Positions 24,649 to 37,555 of a DNA stretch of 64,000 bases are shown piece after piece (positions within the stretch are counted from its first letter, which is position 1; each line of letters opens with the position of its first letter). The stretch is from Eledone cirrhosa (lineage: Eukaryota): NCBI GenBank assembly GCA_964016885.1, contig CAXHJY010001257.1, positions 124,001 through 188,000 of the forward strand. Direction: 5' to 3'. Position numbers and translations under genes: made by a program. A model generated the notes under the pieces. The model saw nothing but the letters and a program-made list of their open reading frames with translations, did no database searches and had not been told where the DNA came from.

Positions 24649-27600
24649 CATCATCATCATCATCATCATTTTACGTCCGCCCTTCCCTGCTTGCAAGGGT
24701 GGGACGGGTCTTATTCAGTACAGCATCTCTCCACTCGTCACGGTCCCTCGTCATCTCCACCGTGAGCTTCAATGATCTGAGGTCTGTTCTCACCACCTCC
24801 GCCCATGTTTTTCGTGGTCTACCTCTACCACGTCTTCCTTCAACTGGCAATTCCTGGCACTTCTTCACCCATCGGTCATCCTCCATGCGCATCACATGTC
24901 CATACCACCTCAGTCTCCTCTCCCGTACACTACATTCTATCCCTCTCAGACACAGTTTCTCTCTCAACACATTTATGCTGGGTCATTCATGCACATTTAC
25001 ACTGCACAGCCGACGGAGCATGCTTGCCTCATTTCTCTCCAGTCGTCGCATATCCTCTGCAGTTGCTGCCCATGTCTCACTACCATGGAGCATCGCGCTC
25101 CTCACACAGGCATCATTCAACCGGCCTTTCGTACGCAGGGAGAAACCCTTCTTCGTCAACAGAGGAAGCAGCTCCCTAAACTTCTTCCAACCCGTCCTTA
25201 TTCTAGATAATATGGCCTCAGAACACCCTCCCTCCATGCTAATCTGATCTCCTAGGTACTGGAAGCTATCCACCACTTCTATAGCGCCCTCTTGCATTTG
25301 AAAAATGTGTCTATCAGTGCGACTTCTAGTGTCTAATTTCCCTGTACATCTACTGCATACATATTTCTCCCTACCTGTTAGTTTGCCTGCTATCCCGCTA
25401 CATCTCTTGTGTACCCAGGATCTGCATTGTGTGCATTTTATAGAATTTATGCCAGTTCCTTTTCTGCATACGAACATGGCCATTTCCCTGACGGAATCAG
25501 GGCTTTGTCCTCTTTTCTACTCATCAACACTTTTGTCTTAGCTAGATTCACTCTCAGTCCTCTTGCTTCCAACTGCTGTTTCCATAGCCAGAATTTATTC
25601 TCTAGCTCCTCTACTGATTCTGCTATAAGAACCAGATCGTCAGCACAGAGAAGTTCCCATGGACAGCCAGTCTTAAACTCCTCTGTTATGGCTTGGAGGA
25701 CTATAATGAACAAGAGCGGGCTGAGGACCGAACCCTGATGTACTCCTACTTGTATCTGGAATTCCTCACTAAACTCCATTCCTACCCTGACTTTACTGAG
25801 AGTACCTCTGTACAAAGTTTGCACTGTCCTCACAAGCCATTCCTCAACACCCAGCTTGCTTAGGGACCACCAGATGACAGATCGGGGTACCCTATCAAAG
25901 GCCTTCTCTAGGTCAACAAAGGCTAAGTATAGTGGCTTATTCTTCTCTAAGAACCTCTCTTGCAATTGTCTCACCAAGAAGAGGGCATCTGTTGTACTCT
26001 TCCCAGGCACAAAACCAAACTGCATCTCATCTAGTTTGACCCTTTCTCTAATTAGTTGTGCTAAAATCCTTTCTGCCACTTTCATAACCTGATCTATCAG
26101 TTTTATACCCCTATAATTGCTCCTCTCCAAAGCATCCCCTTTACCTTTGTAGCAATTTATGAGAATACTGCTGCACCAGTCTTTGGGTATGACACCACCA
26201 TATATAGCCTGATTGATGATGCGTGCAACCAGTTTAGTGCCTACGTCCCCTGATGCCTTCAGCATCTCAGCAACTATTCCCAATGGTCCGGCAGCCTTAC
26301 CATTTTTCATTTCCCTAATCGCCTCTTGGACCCTATATTCGTCAATCTCAATAGCTGGTCCCTCTGTCGGATCCACCAAGGGTAATTTCTCTCTCTCCCA
26401 TTCGTTCTCCACATTCATCACTCTCTCATAATGACATTTCCAGGCCTCCTTTTTCTGATCATTCGTGACACTAAGTACACCGGCATCATCCCGGACACAT
26501 TTATCTCCAACAACATCCTGATTTGCATTGACACACTGCCTTGAAATGTGGAACACCGCACGCCTCTGATCTTCCCGTCGCAGAACATTGGGAAACCTTC
26601 TACTCTCTGCTTCCCTGCGTGCTAAGTACACCTGACGTCTAGCTTCTCTCTTAGTGGCTGTATATTCTTCCCTACTCCCACCCTTTTTCCAAGCATTCCA
26701 TGCTAGTCTTTTGTCTCTAATAGCCTTATCTACTGTGCTGTTCCACCACCAGGTCACTCTCTGTCTGGTTGGAGCTCTGCTCCAGCCACAGGTTTCATCA
26801 GTAGCCTGCAGCAAGTTGTCACGTAAGAAATTCCAGTTATTATCTATGTCATACGTCTCTAAATCATGTTCTTTTTCGTCATATACATCTTGAAGGGCTT
26901 TCCTAAATTTGTATTTTAGTGAAAGGTCTTTTAGCTTCCAGACCTTTCTTCTCCACACCTTCCTATATGTCTCATTCCATCTTTTGCTTACTGAGATATC
27001 ACTAACAACTAACCTATGCTGTGGGGTACATTCTTCCCCAGGGTATGCCTTGGTATTAGACACTATCTGCCTGTCCCGCTGCCTAACTAGCAGGAAGTCA
27101 ATCTGGCTTATGTGCTCACCAGATTTGTAGGTTATTAGGTGATTGGCAGGTTTCTGGAAGTTTGTGTTGCAAATAGTCAATGTACCCGCATCACAAAATT
27201 CAAGAAGTCTCACTCCTTCTTCATTTCTTGAACCGTAACCGTGCCCACCATGTACCCCAGTGTAACCATCCTGGAGCTGTCCAACATGACCATTGAAGTC
27301 TCCTGCTAGCATAACAATGTCTCCGTCCTCTGTCATTGCGGTTGTTTGCAGAAGTTGCTCATAAAAGCAGTCTTTCTCATCTTTGCCTAGGCCTGCTTGG
27401 GGAGCATAGGCCGAGATGATTGTCAGTAGTCTCCTACCTACAACTAATCTAAGCTTAATTATTCGATTACTAACTCAAACTACCTCTATTGTCTTATTGA
27501 TCCATTTCTCAGCCAGGAAAATGTCTACTCCCCCTAGCCCATCATCCTTACCTACCCAGAATAGCTTATAGCTAAGACGCTTGCCTACGACTAGTCTCGC

Positions 27601-27930
27601 AGAGGCACCTCTCCATCTCACCTCTTGCACGCAGCACACATCCCCATGCCTTCTCTCCAGCATCTCCACTATTTCAGCAGATCTACCTCTGAGAGTGCCA
27701 ACATTAAGTGTTGCAACTCTGAGATGCGACGTCTTCATATTTTGTTGTTGTTCCTATCTGTTGCTGTGCTGATAAGCGTTTTGGCATTGATACACTGGTT
27801 GGATGCCCTTCCTAACACCAGCGCCACTTTACAGCATGGACTGGGTGCTTTTATTTGTGCCTCCAGCACTAGAGAGGATGTCTTACTAGACTCAAGGGCC
27901 CTCTCTACCCCTCCATTTTACAGCATGGTC
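24649..27930 (-). mobile_element. Near full-length RTE-clade LINE (RTE-2), degenerate, with 5' UTR and (GAT)n tail
   Basis: LRVATLNVGTL, VCCVQEVRW, GDFNGHVG, DLEKAFDRV, QGSVLSP, CADD in place of YADD; frameshifts and an in-frame stop near 24983; 5' UTR carries GGTGTTAGGAAGGGCATCCA. Confidence 0.92.
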
Positions 27931-28271
27931 ATTAAAAAAAAAAAAAAAAAAAACTTATTCACACGACGCACACACACACACACACACTCACACACCAACA
28001 CTCATGCATACAAACCACAACCACACACACGCCACTCACATACCAACACTCATTCATGCATACAATCACACACACCACTCACAAACACATATATATACAT
28101 ATATTACCGACAGTACTGATACAAATACAAAATCAAAATCAATATTATGTCAACTGTTGACCTTTACCATATATATATACATACATTATATATTTATACA
28201 CACACATACACCATATATATATATATATATATACATACATTATATATTTATACACACGCATACACGCACAC

Positions 28272-28303
<32 letters not shown>

Positions 28304-28745
28304 ACATGCATATATACACACATACACATGCATATGTATGTATGTATGCATGTATGTATGTAATGTATACACACATATATTTATAGTACAGTCTATAATT
28401 TTACCAAAAATATATTTGGCAGCAACCCCTTTCAGGTTTTGTTTAATTACTTAAATTTAACGAGAAGACTTTTGATTCTTTACCAAAAAAAGAAAGAAGT
28501 CCCCTCACACCTCTGTTCCCCTCACCCCTCTGTTCCCCTCACCCCTCTGTTCCCCTCACCCCTCTTGACCCCTCACCCCTCTGGTCCCCTCGCCTTTTGT
28601 CCCCTCCCCATCAGGGAAACATTATTCTTTTAAGAAAAATAAAATAAATGTATAAACTGATGTTTAGATGTTAAATATATTTTAGGTAGAGACCATACTT
28701 TGATTTTTTTTAGCGGGGAAATTATTTATATATCTAATGTCTGTC

Positions 28746-31700
28746 TTAACTCTTTAGTATTTACATTACTCTATATATACTATTGTATTTTCACAGTAAA
28801 GACTTTACCTCCCATAATATCTCACATAACATTTACATTACTCTAAATATACTATTGTATTGTCACAGTAAAGGCTTTACCTCACATAATATCTCACATA
28901 ACATTTACATTACTCTATATATACTATTGTATTTTCACAGTAAAGACTTTACCTCCCATAATATCTCACATAACATTTACATTACTCTAAATATACTATT
29001 GTATTGTCACAGTAAAGGCTTTACCTCACATAATATCTCACATAACATTTACATTACTCTATATATACTATTGTATTTTCACAGTAAAGACTTTACCTCC
29101 CATAATATCTCACATAACATTTACATTACTCTATATATACTATTGTATTTTCACAGTAAAGGCTTTACCTCACATAATATCTGACATAACATTTACATTA
29201 CTCTATATATACTATTGTATTTTCACAGTAAAGGCTTTACCTCACATAATATCTCACATAACATTTACATTACTCTATATATACTATTGTATTTTCACAG
29301 TAAAGACTTTACCTCCCATAATATCTCACATAACATTTACATTACTCTATATATACTATTGTATTTTCACAGTAAAGGCTTTACCTCACATAATATCTGA
29401 CATAACATTTACATTACTCTATATATACTATTGTATTTTCACAGTAAAGGCTTTACCTCACATAATATCTCACATAACATTTACATTACTCTATATATAC
29501 TATTGTATTTTCACAGTAAAGGCTTTACCTCACATAATATCTGACATAACATTTACATTACTCTATATATACTATTGTATTTTCACAGTAAAGGCTTTAC
29601 CTCACATAATATCTGACATAACATTTACATTACTCTAAATATACTATTGTATTGTCACAGTAAAGGCTTTACCTCACATAATATCTCACATAACATTTAC
29701 ATTACTCTATATATACTATTGTATTTTCACAGTAAAGACTTTACCTCCCATAATATCTCACATAACATTTACATTACTCTAAATATACTATTGTATTGTC
29801 ACAGTAAAGGCTTTACCTCACATAATATCTCACATAACATTTACATTACTCTATATATACTATTGTATTTTCACAGTAAAGACTTTACCTCCCATAATAT
29901 CTCACATAACATTTACATTACTCTATATATACTATTGTATTTTCACAGTAAAGGCTTTACCTCACATAATATCTGACATAACATTTACATTACTCTATAT
30001 ATACTATTGTATTTTCACAGTAAAGGCTTTACCTCACATAATATCTCACATAACATTTACATTACTCTATATATACTATTGTATTTTCACAGTAAAGGCT
30101 TTACCTCACATAATATCTCACATAACATTTACATTACTCTATATATACTATTGTATTTTCACAGTAAAGGCTTTACCTCACATAATATCTGACATAACAT
30201 TTACATTACTCTATATATACTATTGTATTTTCACAGTAAAGGCTTTACCTCACATAATATCTCGCATAACATTTACATTACTCTATATATACTATTGTAT
30301 TTTCACAGTAAAGGCTTTACCTCACATAATATCTCACATAACATTTACATTACCCTATATATACTATTGTATTTTCACAGTAAAGACTTTACCTCACATA
30401 ATATCTCACATAAAATTTACATTACCCTATATATACTATTGTATTTTCACAGTAAAGACTTTACCTCACATAATATCTCACATAACATTTACATTACTCT
30501 ATATATACTATTGTATTTTCACAGTAAAATCCTTACCTCACATAATATCCCACATAACATTTACATTACTCTATATATACTATTGTATTTTCACAGTAAA
30601 GGCTTTACCTCACATAATATCTCACATAACATTTACATTACTCTATATATACTATTGTATTTTCACAGTAAAGGCTTTACCTCACATAATATCTCACATA
30701 ACATTTACATTACTCTATATATACTATTGTATTTTCACAGTAAAGGCTTTACCTCACATAACATTTACATTACCCTATATATACTATTGTATTTTCACAG
30801 TAAAGGCTTTACCTTACATAATATCTTACATAACATTTACATTACTCTATATATACTATTGTATTTTCACAGTAAAGGCTTTACCTTACATAATATCTTA
30901 CATAACATTTACATTACTCTATATATACTATTGTATTGTCACAGTAAAGGCTTTACCTCACATAATATCTCGCATAACATTTACATTACTCTATATATAC
31001 TATTGTATTTTCACAGTAAAGGCTTTACCTCACATAATATCTCACATAACATTTACATTACTCTATATATACTATTGTATTTTCACAGTAAAGGCTTTAC
31101 CTCACATAATATCTCACATAACATTTACATTACCCTATATATACTATTGTATTGTCACAGTAAAGGCTTTACCTCACATAATATCTCACATAACATTTAC
31201 ATTACTCTATATATACTATTGTATTTTCACAGTAAAGACTTTACCTCACATAATATCTCACATAACATTTACATTACTCTATATATACTATTGTATTTTC
31301 ACAGTAAAGGCTTTACCTCACATAATATCTCACATGACATTTACATTACTCTATATATACTATTGTATTTTCACAGTAAAATCCTTACCTCACATAATAT
31401 CTCACATAACATTTACACTACTCTATATATACTATTGTATTTTCACAGTAAAGTCTTTACCTCACATAACATTTACATTACTCTATATATACTATTGTAT
31501 TGCCACAGTAAAGGCTTTACCTCACATAATATCTCACATAACATTTACATTACTCTATATATACTATTGTATTTTCACAGTAAAGACTTTACCTCACATA
31601 ATTATCTCACATAACATTTACATTACTCTATATATACTATTGTATTCTCACAGTAAAGGCTTTACCTCACATAATATCTCACATAACATTTACATTACTC

Positions 31701-31905
31701 TATATATACTATTGTATTTTCACAGTAAAGGCTTTACCTCACATAATATCTCACATAACATTTACATTACTCTATATATACTATTGTATTGTCACAGTAA
31801 AGGCTTTACCTCACATAATACCTCACATAACATTTACATTACTCTATATATACTATTGTATTGTCACAGTAAAGGCTTTACCTCACATAATATCTCACAT
31901 AACAT
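28746..31905 (+). repeat. 72-bp satellite, block 1 (about 44 units), starting at a TTAA plus TIR-like sequence
   Basis: Unit actctatatatactattgtattttcacagtaaaggctttacctcacataatatctcacataacatttacatt; 24-aa periodic ORFs. Confidence 0.96.
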
Positions 31906-32116
31906 CTCGTATACGAGAGACGTGTGTTGACGTGTGTGAACAAGCTCGGCTACCGAGTCGGATTTACTTACTCAAAAAGTGAGTTTTGATTAATTTTTTT
32001 ATACTGTAATATACGTTAACCCCTTGCCTTGGTCGTCAAACTTTGAGTTTATTTATTTTCGCCCCTTTTTGGGGCGAATTTTCCAGTTAAAAATTTATTA
32101 CGGCAAACTAATAGAA

Positions 32117-33859
32117 ATGGACGGAATTTTCACATCTCATCCTAACGTGAAAGCCACGCCCCCTAAGAAAGGTGATACAGAGAAGCTAGAAGCACAAGGC
32201 TCTAAGTCTTCCCTCCTGACTTCTGCAAAAGAAACATGGAACACGGAATTAAAAGAAAAATTTGAAAAAATGGGTGAAAACACAGAAAGTCACATAAACG
32301 CAGACAAAAACAACAACGACAATAACAGCAATAGTCACAACACCAACCAAGGAAAAAATAACGATAACACCAAACAAAGCGAACCCACTACTGGTACCTC
32401 CTTTGCACAGGCGGTCCGGAAAACACAAACCTGCAAGCAACTGGACATTACAACTCTGAGAGAAAAGATGAAGGAAGCGAAACAGTATGTAACTTTCAAA
32501 GAAGGAGGAGACTTCACAATCACCTCCCCACAAGAAATCAAAAGAGACACGACGCTAAGAACGATATCTTTCAGAACAATTTCCAACATAACAAGGAAAC
32601 CAACTCAATTATCCCAAAAAGAGATTGAGCTGGTCCTAAAAAATGTGTGGAGTGATATATCGTTCATACAAAAAGGGCCACTCTATGGGAATATAACGGT
32701 CCTAATGAAGGATCAATTGACGGCCAGGAAATACTCTGTGGCACCAATTGTTTCCAAGCTACATACATTTTTCCCCACATATTTAGGGAAAAGAACGCAG
32801 AAGATAAGGGTCTCCGGAATCCGGCCAAATGCATGCATTTCCTGGGTACTAACAGGGTTTTTAGAAGACGAGGACGGAATCCTCTCAGTAGGAGAAGTCA
32901 CCACAGACGTTTTCGGCGGTTTGAGCGTGGAGGTTCTGGTCCAAATGAGACCAGAACGAATCGCTAGAATACCACAGAGGGTGTCCCTCGATGGAGAAAC
33001 ATTTATATATATTTCAGCCGAGGGTAGGAGGCCCATATGTTACTACTGTTCAAGCAGGGGTCATCTAAGGGCTGCTTGTCCTCAATTGACAAAAAAAAAG
33101 GCTCTTTTGCCTACACCCCACACACCACCACCGCCACCACCACCACCACCACCACCTCCACCACCACCACCACAACAACAACAAAAACAACAGGGAAAAA
33201 TAACACAAGACACGGCCCCACCCAAAACAACTCCCAAAACACACACAAATACAACAAAACCCCAAAATACACCACTACCCGACAGCACGGACGAGGACCC
33301 AGCGGAAACGGCACCTAGTGACGAAGAGGGGGAACCCTTCCAACCTGTAAAAAGGAAAAAAAGAAAGCACCACTCGAACATAAACGAAACAAACACACAA
33401 CCACCAACAAAAACAAAACAAACAGAACAAACAAAATCCGCCCCACCCCAAAACATAACACATACAACAAAACGTAAGCACACACAAGAACAACAAACAA
33501 ACACAACACAAATAAAACAGTATACATACATTAACACAAATAACAAAGAACTAGTAAAAACAATACACAAAGACCCTTTGGTGGAAACTGAAGGACAATT
33601 CTTTGCAAGCGCGGCCAACAAACCGCATTTAAAAATGATAAGACTCCCAATGGACACCTATGCAAAACTAAGAGAGAACTTTCCTGAGGACGTGGGGAAA
33701 ACATGTACTCGACCCTATAACCGCGTCCTCTTGAAACGTTTCCCCACCCACACCTCACCAAACACCCCCACTCCACCACAGAACAACACCCCACCAAACA
33801 ACCCCTCCAATACGCCCATGGATATTGTGCAACCTGCTCCTCAGGAGCCGAACAGGTAG
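32117..33859 (+). CDS. Tx1-type ORF1p (about 580 aa) with a gag-like CCHC zinc knuckle and poly-Pro/Gln tract
   Basis: First ATG at 32117; CYYCSSRGHLRAAC fits CX2CX4HX4C; SFAQAV motif; basic KRKKRK patch. Confidence 0.9.
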   Translation: MDGIFTSHPNVKATPPKKGDTEKLEAQGSKSSLLTSAKETWNTELKEKFEKMGENTESHINADKNNNDNNSNSHNTNQGKNNDNTKQSEPTTGTSFAQAVRKTQTCKQLDITTLREKMKEAKQYVTFKEGGDFTITSPQEIKRDTTLRTISFRTISNITRKPTQLSQKEIELVLKNVWSDISFIQKGPLYGNITVLMKDQLTARKYSVAPIVSKLHTFFPTYLGKRTQKIRVSGIRPNACISWVLTGFLEDEDGILSVGEVTTDVFGGLSVEVLVQMRPERIARIPQRVSLDGETFIYISAEGRRPICYYCSSRGHLRAACPQLTKKKALLPTPHTPPPPPPPPPPPPPPPPQQQQKQQGKITQDTAPPKTTPKTHTNTTKPQNTPLPDSTDEDPAETAPSDEEGEPFQPVKRKKRKHHSNINETNTQPPTKTKQTEQTKSAPPQNITHTTKRKHTQEQQTNTTQIKQYTYINTNNKELVKTIHKDPLVETEGQFFASAANKPHLKMIRLPMDTYAKLRENFPEDVGKTCTRPYNRVLLKRFPTHTSPNTPTPPQNNTPPNNPSNTPMDIVQPAPQEPNR

Positions 33860-33880
33860 GTCCTTCCTCTTTTAACCAAC

Positions 33881-36800
33881 ATGGCTGATATAAGAGTTGG
33901 GTGTCTGAATGTACGTGGCCTGGGACTGTCTTGGAAACAAGGCAAACTTTTAAACGATCTCAGGTCGCATAGAATGGATGTAATGGCTATTTGCGAGTCC
34001 AGGATCAGCAGCGAGCACCAACTGGCGCCCCTCTTCGACGACTTTGAGATCTTCGCATCTCTCTGTCAACCGGGGGGTGGGGGTGGAGTTGTCGTTCTGC
34101 TGCGAAAACACCTGGGCCTCGCCATACAGAAGGTGCACCTGGACCCGGAGGGTCGACTGGTGGTTTTAGACGTCGGCAGTAGTGAAAGTGGAGCCCTTAG
34201 ACTAATAGCTGTGTACGCCCCTTTTTGGGCAGCGCGGCCGGAATACTTCCAACGTCTGGAAACTTTTCTGGGAACGTCCCGCTCCTTGCTTTTAGTGGGG
34301 GACTGGAATGGTATCCTGGATGCACGTTGGGACTATGTAGGGGCATGTGCCAATAGAGGGGGGTGTAAAAGCCTCAAAAGGTTAATCGGCCGATTTGACC
34401 TGGCCGATAGATATCGACTAGATTTTCCGACTGTACCACTATGGACGTGGACCAATCGCAGTGGAACATCTAGGTCGTACCTAGATAGGGTCCTAGTTAG
34501 AGAGAACGATAGGGACACATTTAGCTGTCCAAAAATGTTCATGGTTGACTATTCGGATCACAAGTTAGTGACCTGCATAGCCAACCTTGATAGAAGCCAT
34601 AGACAGGGACCCGGTTACTGGAAGCTGAACTTGTCCTTACCGAGAAGCAAAGCTTACAGTAAACGGATTAGCACGTTAGTCAAGCAGAGTTTGACAGGGG
34701 CAATTGTCAACAACAGGTGGTGGAGCTCTCTTAAGAGAGCAATTAGAATAGAATCGATAGGTTTTAGTCAGGAATTAGCAAGGGATAGGAACAAGACGGA
34801 AAGGGAATTAGTAGATAGAGTAGAAGAGGCGATTAGGAGTGGCAATGTAGCCGGCGTGCTGGCATCAAGAATGGCCTTAGACCAGTTCTTTGAGGTGAAG
34901 CATGAAGGCTGCGTTGTCAGGAGTAAAATACGTGCTCTGGGTAATGAGGGAGCCAAAGCTGTAAGCTGGGCCCGAGTGACAGAGGCAAAAAGTGGGAACA
35001 AGTCCACGATTCGGTCTTTGAAGGACCAGGATGGGCGTGTGATCCTTGAACCTGGGCAGATGTGTGCGGCCTTTCAGCGGCACTTTGCACGACTGTTCGA
35101 GAGGGGCGGCGCGCCGGGTGAGACTATGGATTTCAATCCATACCTCGACGGTCTGCCGCGCCTCTCGGACGCGGAGGCGAAGTCCTGCGAAAGGACGATT
35201 TCAGCTGCTGAGATAGGGGTGGCGCTGAGCCAATGCGGCAAACGCAAATCCCCGGGTCTCGATGGTCTACCATACGAGCTATATGTAGCGATGCCGGACT
35301 TGTTCTCCGATATCCTCGAAGCGGTCTACTGCAACTGGCAGCAGAACGGGAGAATTCCCAGTTCTGTGACCAAGGGCGTAGTTACGCTGGTGAGGAAGGA
35401 TGAGAACAAGGGGGATGACATAAGTAACTTCAGGCCCATAACTCTGCTAAATACAGAGTTAAAGATTTTGGCCAAGGTGTTAGCGAAGAGGTTGGCGCTT
35501 GTCGTTGGAAACCTGGTGGGAGAAGCGCAGACATGCGCAATCCCGTCCAGGTCCATTCACGACAATCTCCACCTTATGCGATACATCATAGAGAGGGTAG
35601 GGAATGAACCCGGCTTTGGTGGGGCCCTGATCAACTTGGATCAATCTAAAGCTTTCGATAGGGTTGACCATCGTTACCTGGATGCGGTGCTCGCGGCGGC
35701 AGGCTTCGGACCCGTTTTCAGGGGTTGGATTGCTGCGATGCACAGCAGCAACGTCTGCTCAAGGGTCAAGGTGAACGGCCACCTCTCGGAGCCGTTCCAA
35801 ATCATGCGATCCATCCGACAGGGATGCCCTCTCTCCTCCCTACTGTATGTGCTGGCTCTTGAGCCCCTACTGCGGAAGTTGGAGCGGTTGCAGGGCATCC
35901 CTTTGGAACCGGGATTGCAGAAAGCGGCGTCGGCCTACGCCGATGACGTGACAGTAATGGTGTCGAAAACCTCGCAAATCGGTGAGATCGGCACCTTACT
36001 GGAGGAATATGAAAGGTTTACAGGAGCCAAGCTGAACCGGGACAAGTCCGTCGGTTTGCAACTCGGAACATGGAGAGGCAAACCGATGCCCTCCAACGAC
36101 GTCGTCGGACGCTGGACGGAGGGCCCGGTGAAGCTGCTTGGGGTCTGGTTCGGACCAGACCTCCAGGTGGAGAAAAACTGGAACGAGGTAACGGCCAGGG
36201 TGTTTGCACTCACCCAGAAGTGGGCCCAGTGCAAACTATCCCTGAAAGGTCGAGCGGAGGTGGCGAATACTTATATAGCATCCGTCATCTACTACCGCTT
36301 GACCGTCGTGCCTTGCCCAGTGAAAAGACTCGCCAAAATGGAGTGCGCGCTGTTCCAATTTCTTTGGAACAAGCGGACCCCTTTGGTGAGGAGATCCATC
36401 TGCTGTCAACACCCTTCGAAAGGAGGGCTGGGGATGCCGTGGCTACAGATGCGTAAACACGCATTAAGGCTACGGCACCTCCAGGTATTCCTCACCGGTC
36501 AACCGGTGTGGGCCCCGTTTGTGAGGCGAGCCTTTCCCAGACTCGTCTCGCTCACCGAGCTGCAATCCTGGGTCAAGCAAAGACCGAGAAAAGTGGGCGA
36601 CTGGCACATTGAATGTGCCCAGGCGCTCACGGCCCTCTGGAAAGCGGACCCGGCAATCAGTGGAGACTCCACCTCGACATTCTATAGAGGGTTGGTACGC
36701 AGCAGGTGCGACGATGCTCTCGGAGAAGCTCTAGGCATGGAGGAAGATGAACTGGCCAGTCTGTTCGGTAGGACGTTTGGCCCTGGACCGATGGACAACT

Positions 36801-37318
36801 TCCAAAAGTCCCTGGCTTGGCAGTGCTACCGAGGGGCTCTACCCGTTCGAGACAAGCTCCACAGGCATGGGAGCCTGGGTAGAGATCCTTTGAATAAGAT
36901 CTGTCCGAGATGCGTGCATGATGACGAAACCGTTGCGCACGCATTCGTACACTGCCCAGGCATTGCTGACCTGTGGGGCTATGTGGAACGACTACTGTCG
37001 AGGGTGGGACCAATCCGGTTGACCACCGAGTCCATTGTCACGATCAAACCGCCTCCCCCTTTCAAAAACGAAGGAGAGGCGGTTTTTCTCTGTGTGGTAG
37101 CCATGGCTAAAGAAGTTGTATGGTGGACGAGGCTGAAAGGGCTGAGGTCAGACACCTTTCTCTCCGGCCAACAACTGGTCCCCTTTTTCAAATACCATTT
37201 TAAAAGAAGGATCAGAATGGAGAGAGAGGTGCTCTACCCCAGCAAGTTTTATGAAAGGTGGGTGAAAGTAGGGAGAATGGCCAGAGTGAATGGGTCTTCT
37301 CTCTATATCAGCCTGTAG
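33881..37318 (+). CDS. ORF2p: AP-like endonuclease, reverse transcriptase, C-terminal CCHC finger (1145 aa)
   Basis: LNVRGL, VYAP, GDWN, SYLDRV, SDH; SPGLDG, FRPITLLN, DQSKAFDRV, RQGCPLS, YADD; CPRC...ETVAHAFVHC. Confidence 0.96.
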   Translation: MADIRVGCLNVRGLGLSWKQGKLLNDLRSHRMDVMAICESRISSEHQLAPLFDDFEIFASLCQPGGGGGVVVLLRKHLGLAIQKVHLDPEGRLVVLDVGSSESGALRLIAVYAPFWAARPEYFQRLETFLGTSRSLLLVGDWNGILDARWDYVGACANRGGCKSLKRLIGRFDLADRYRLDFPTVPLWTWTNRSGTSRSYLDRVLVRENDRDTFSCPKMFMVDYSDHKLVTCIANLDRSHRQGPGYWKLNLSLPRSKAYSKRISTLVKQSLTGAIVNNRWWSSLKRAIRIESIGFSQELARDRNKTERELVDRVEEAIRSGNVAGVLASRMALDQFFEVKHEGCVVRSKIRALGNEGAKAVSWARVTEAKSGNKSTIRSLKDQDGRVILEPGQMCAAFQRHFARLFERGGAPGETMDFNPYLDGLPRLSDAEAKSCERTISAAEIGVALSQCGKRKSPGLDGLPYELYVAMPDLFSDILEAVYCNWQQNGRIPSSVTKGVVTLVRKDENKGDDISNFRPITLLNTELKILAKVLAKRLALVVGNLVGEAQTCAIPSRSIHDNLHLMRYIIERVGNEPGFGGALINLDQSKAFDRVDHRYLDAVLAAAGFGPVFRGWIAAMHSSNVCSRVKVNGHLSEPFQIMRSIRQGCPLSSLLYVLALEPLLRKLERLQGIPLEPGLQKAASAYADDVTVMVSKTSQIGEIGTLLEEYERFTGAKLNRDKSVGLQLGTWRGKPMPSNDVVGRWTEGPVKLLGVWFGPDLQVEKNWNEVTARVFALTQKWAQCKLSLKGRAEVANTYIASVIYYRLTVVPCPVKRLAKMECALFQFLWNKRTPLVRRSICCQHPSKGGLGMPWLQMRKHALRLRHLQVFLTGQPVWAPFVRRAFPRLVSLTELQSWVKQRPRKVGDWHIECAQALTALWKADPAISGDSTSTFYRGLVRSRCDDALGEALGMEEDELASLFGRTFGPGPMDNFQKSLAWQCYRGALPVRDKLHRHGSLGRDPLNKICPRCVHDDETVAHAFVHCPGIADLWGYVERLLSRVGPIRLTTESIVTIKPPPPFKNEGEAVFLCVVAMAKEVVWWTRLKGLRSDTFLSGQQLVPFFKYHFKRRIRMEREVLYPSKFYERWVKVGRMARVNGSSLYISL

Positions 37319-37555
37319 GTGAAAGAAGAGGAAAAAGAGGAGACGAGGGAAGCACCTACTCTTTGTGCTCCTGAGGAGAAGGGTTACACATTTTTTCCGG
37401 GGTGTGTGCGACCCATGTTAATGCCCCCTCCCTATTGAGGACTTCGTTTGTTGTTGTTATTTCATTGTTATATTTTTGTACTCGTTAATTATATGTAAAC
37501 TTCCCCCCTTGTATCTGTCCCTACCTTTTGTGCCCTAGTGGCAAATAAAGAAACC

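Larger units (their letters stand above)
31906..37555 (+). mobile_element. Full-length, intact Tx1-clade (L1 group) non-LTR retrotransposon, copy 1 (5650 bp)
   Basis: 5' UTR, ORF1, 21-nt spacer, ORF2, 3' UTR with AATAAA at 37544; sharp borders with the satellite. Confidence 0.93.

Noticed and set aside
28783-31930. YFHSKGFTSHNISH repeat ORFs resembling zinc fingers
   Set aside because: 72-bp satellite translation without C2H2 spacing; sporadic stops and frameshifts
32249-37191. Short antisense and alternate-frame ORFs within Tx1 (and within the RTEs)
   Set aside because: Shadows of the main ORFs with no independent motifs
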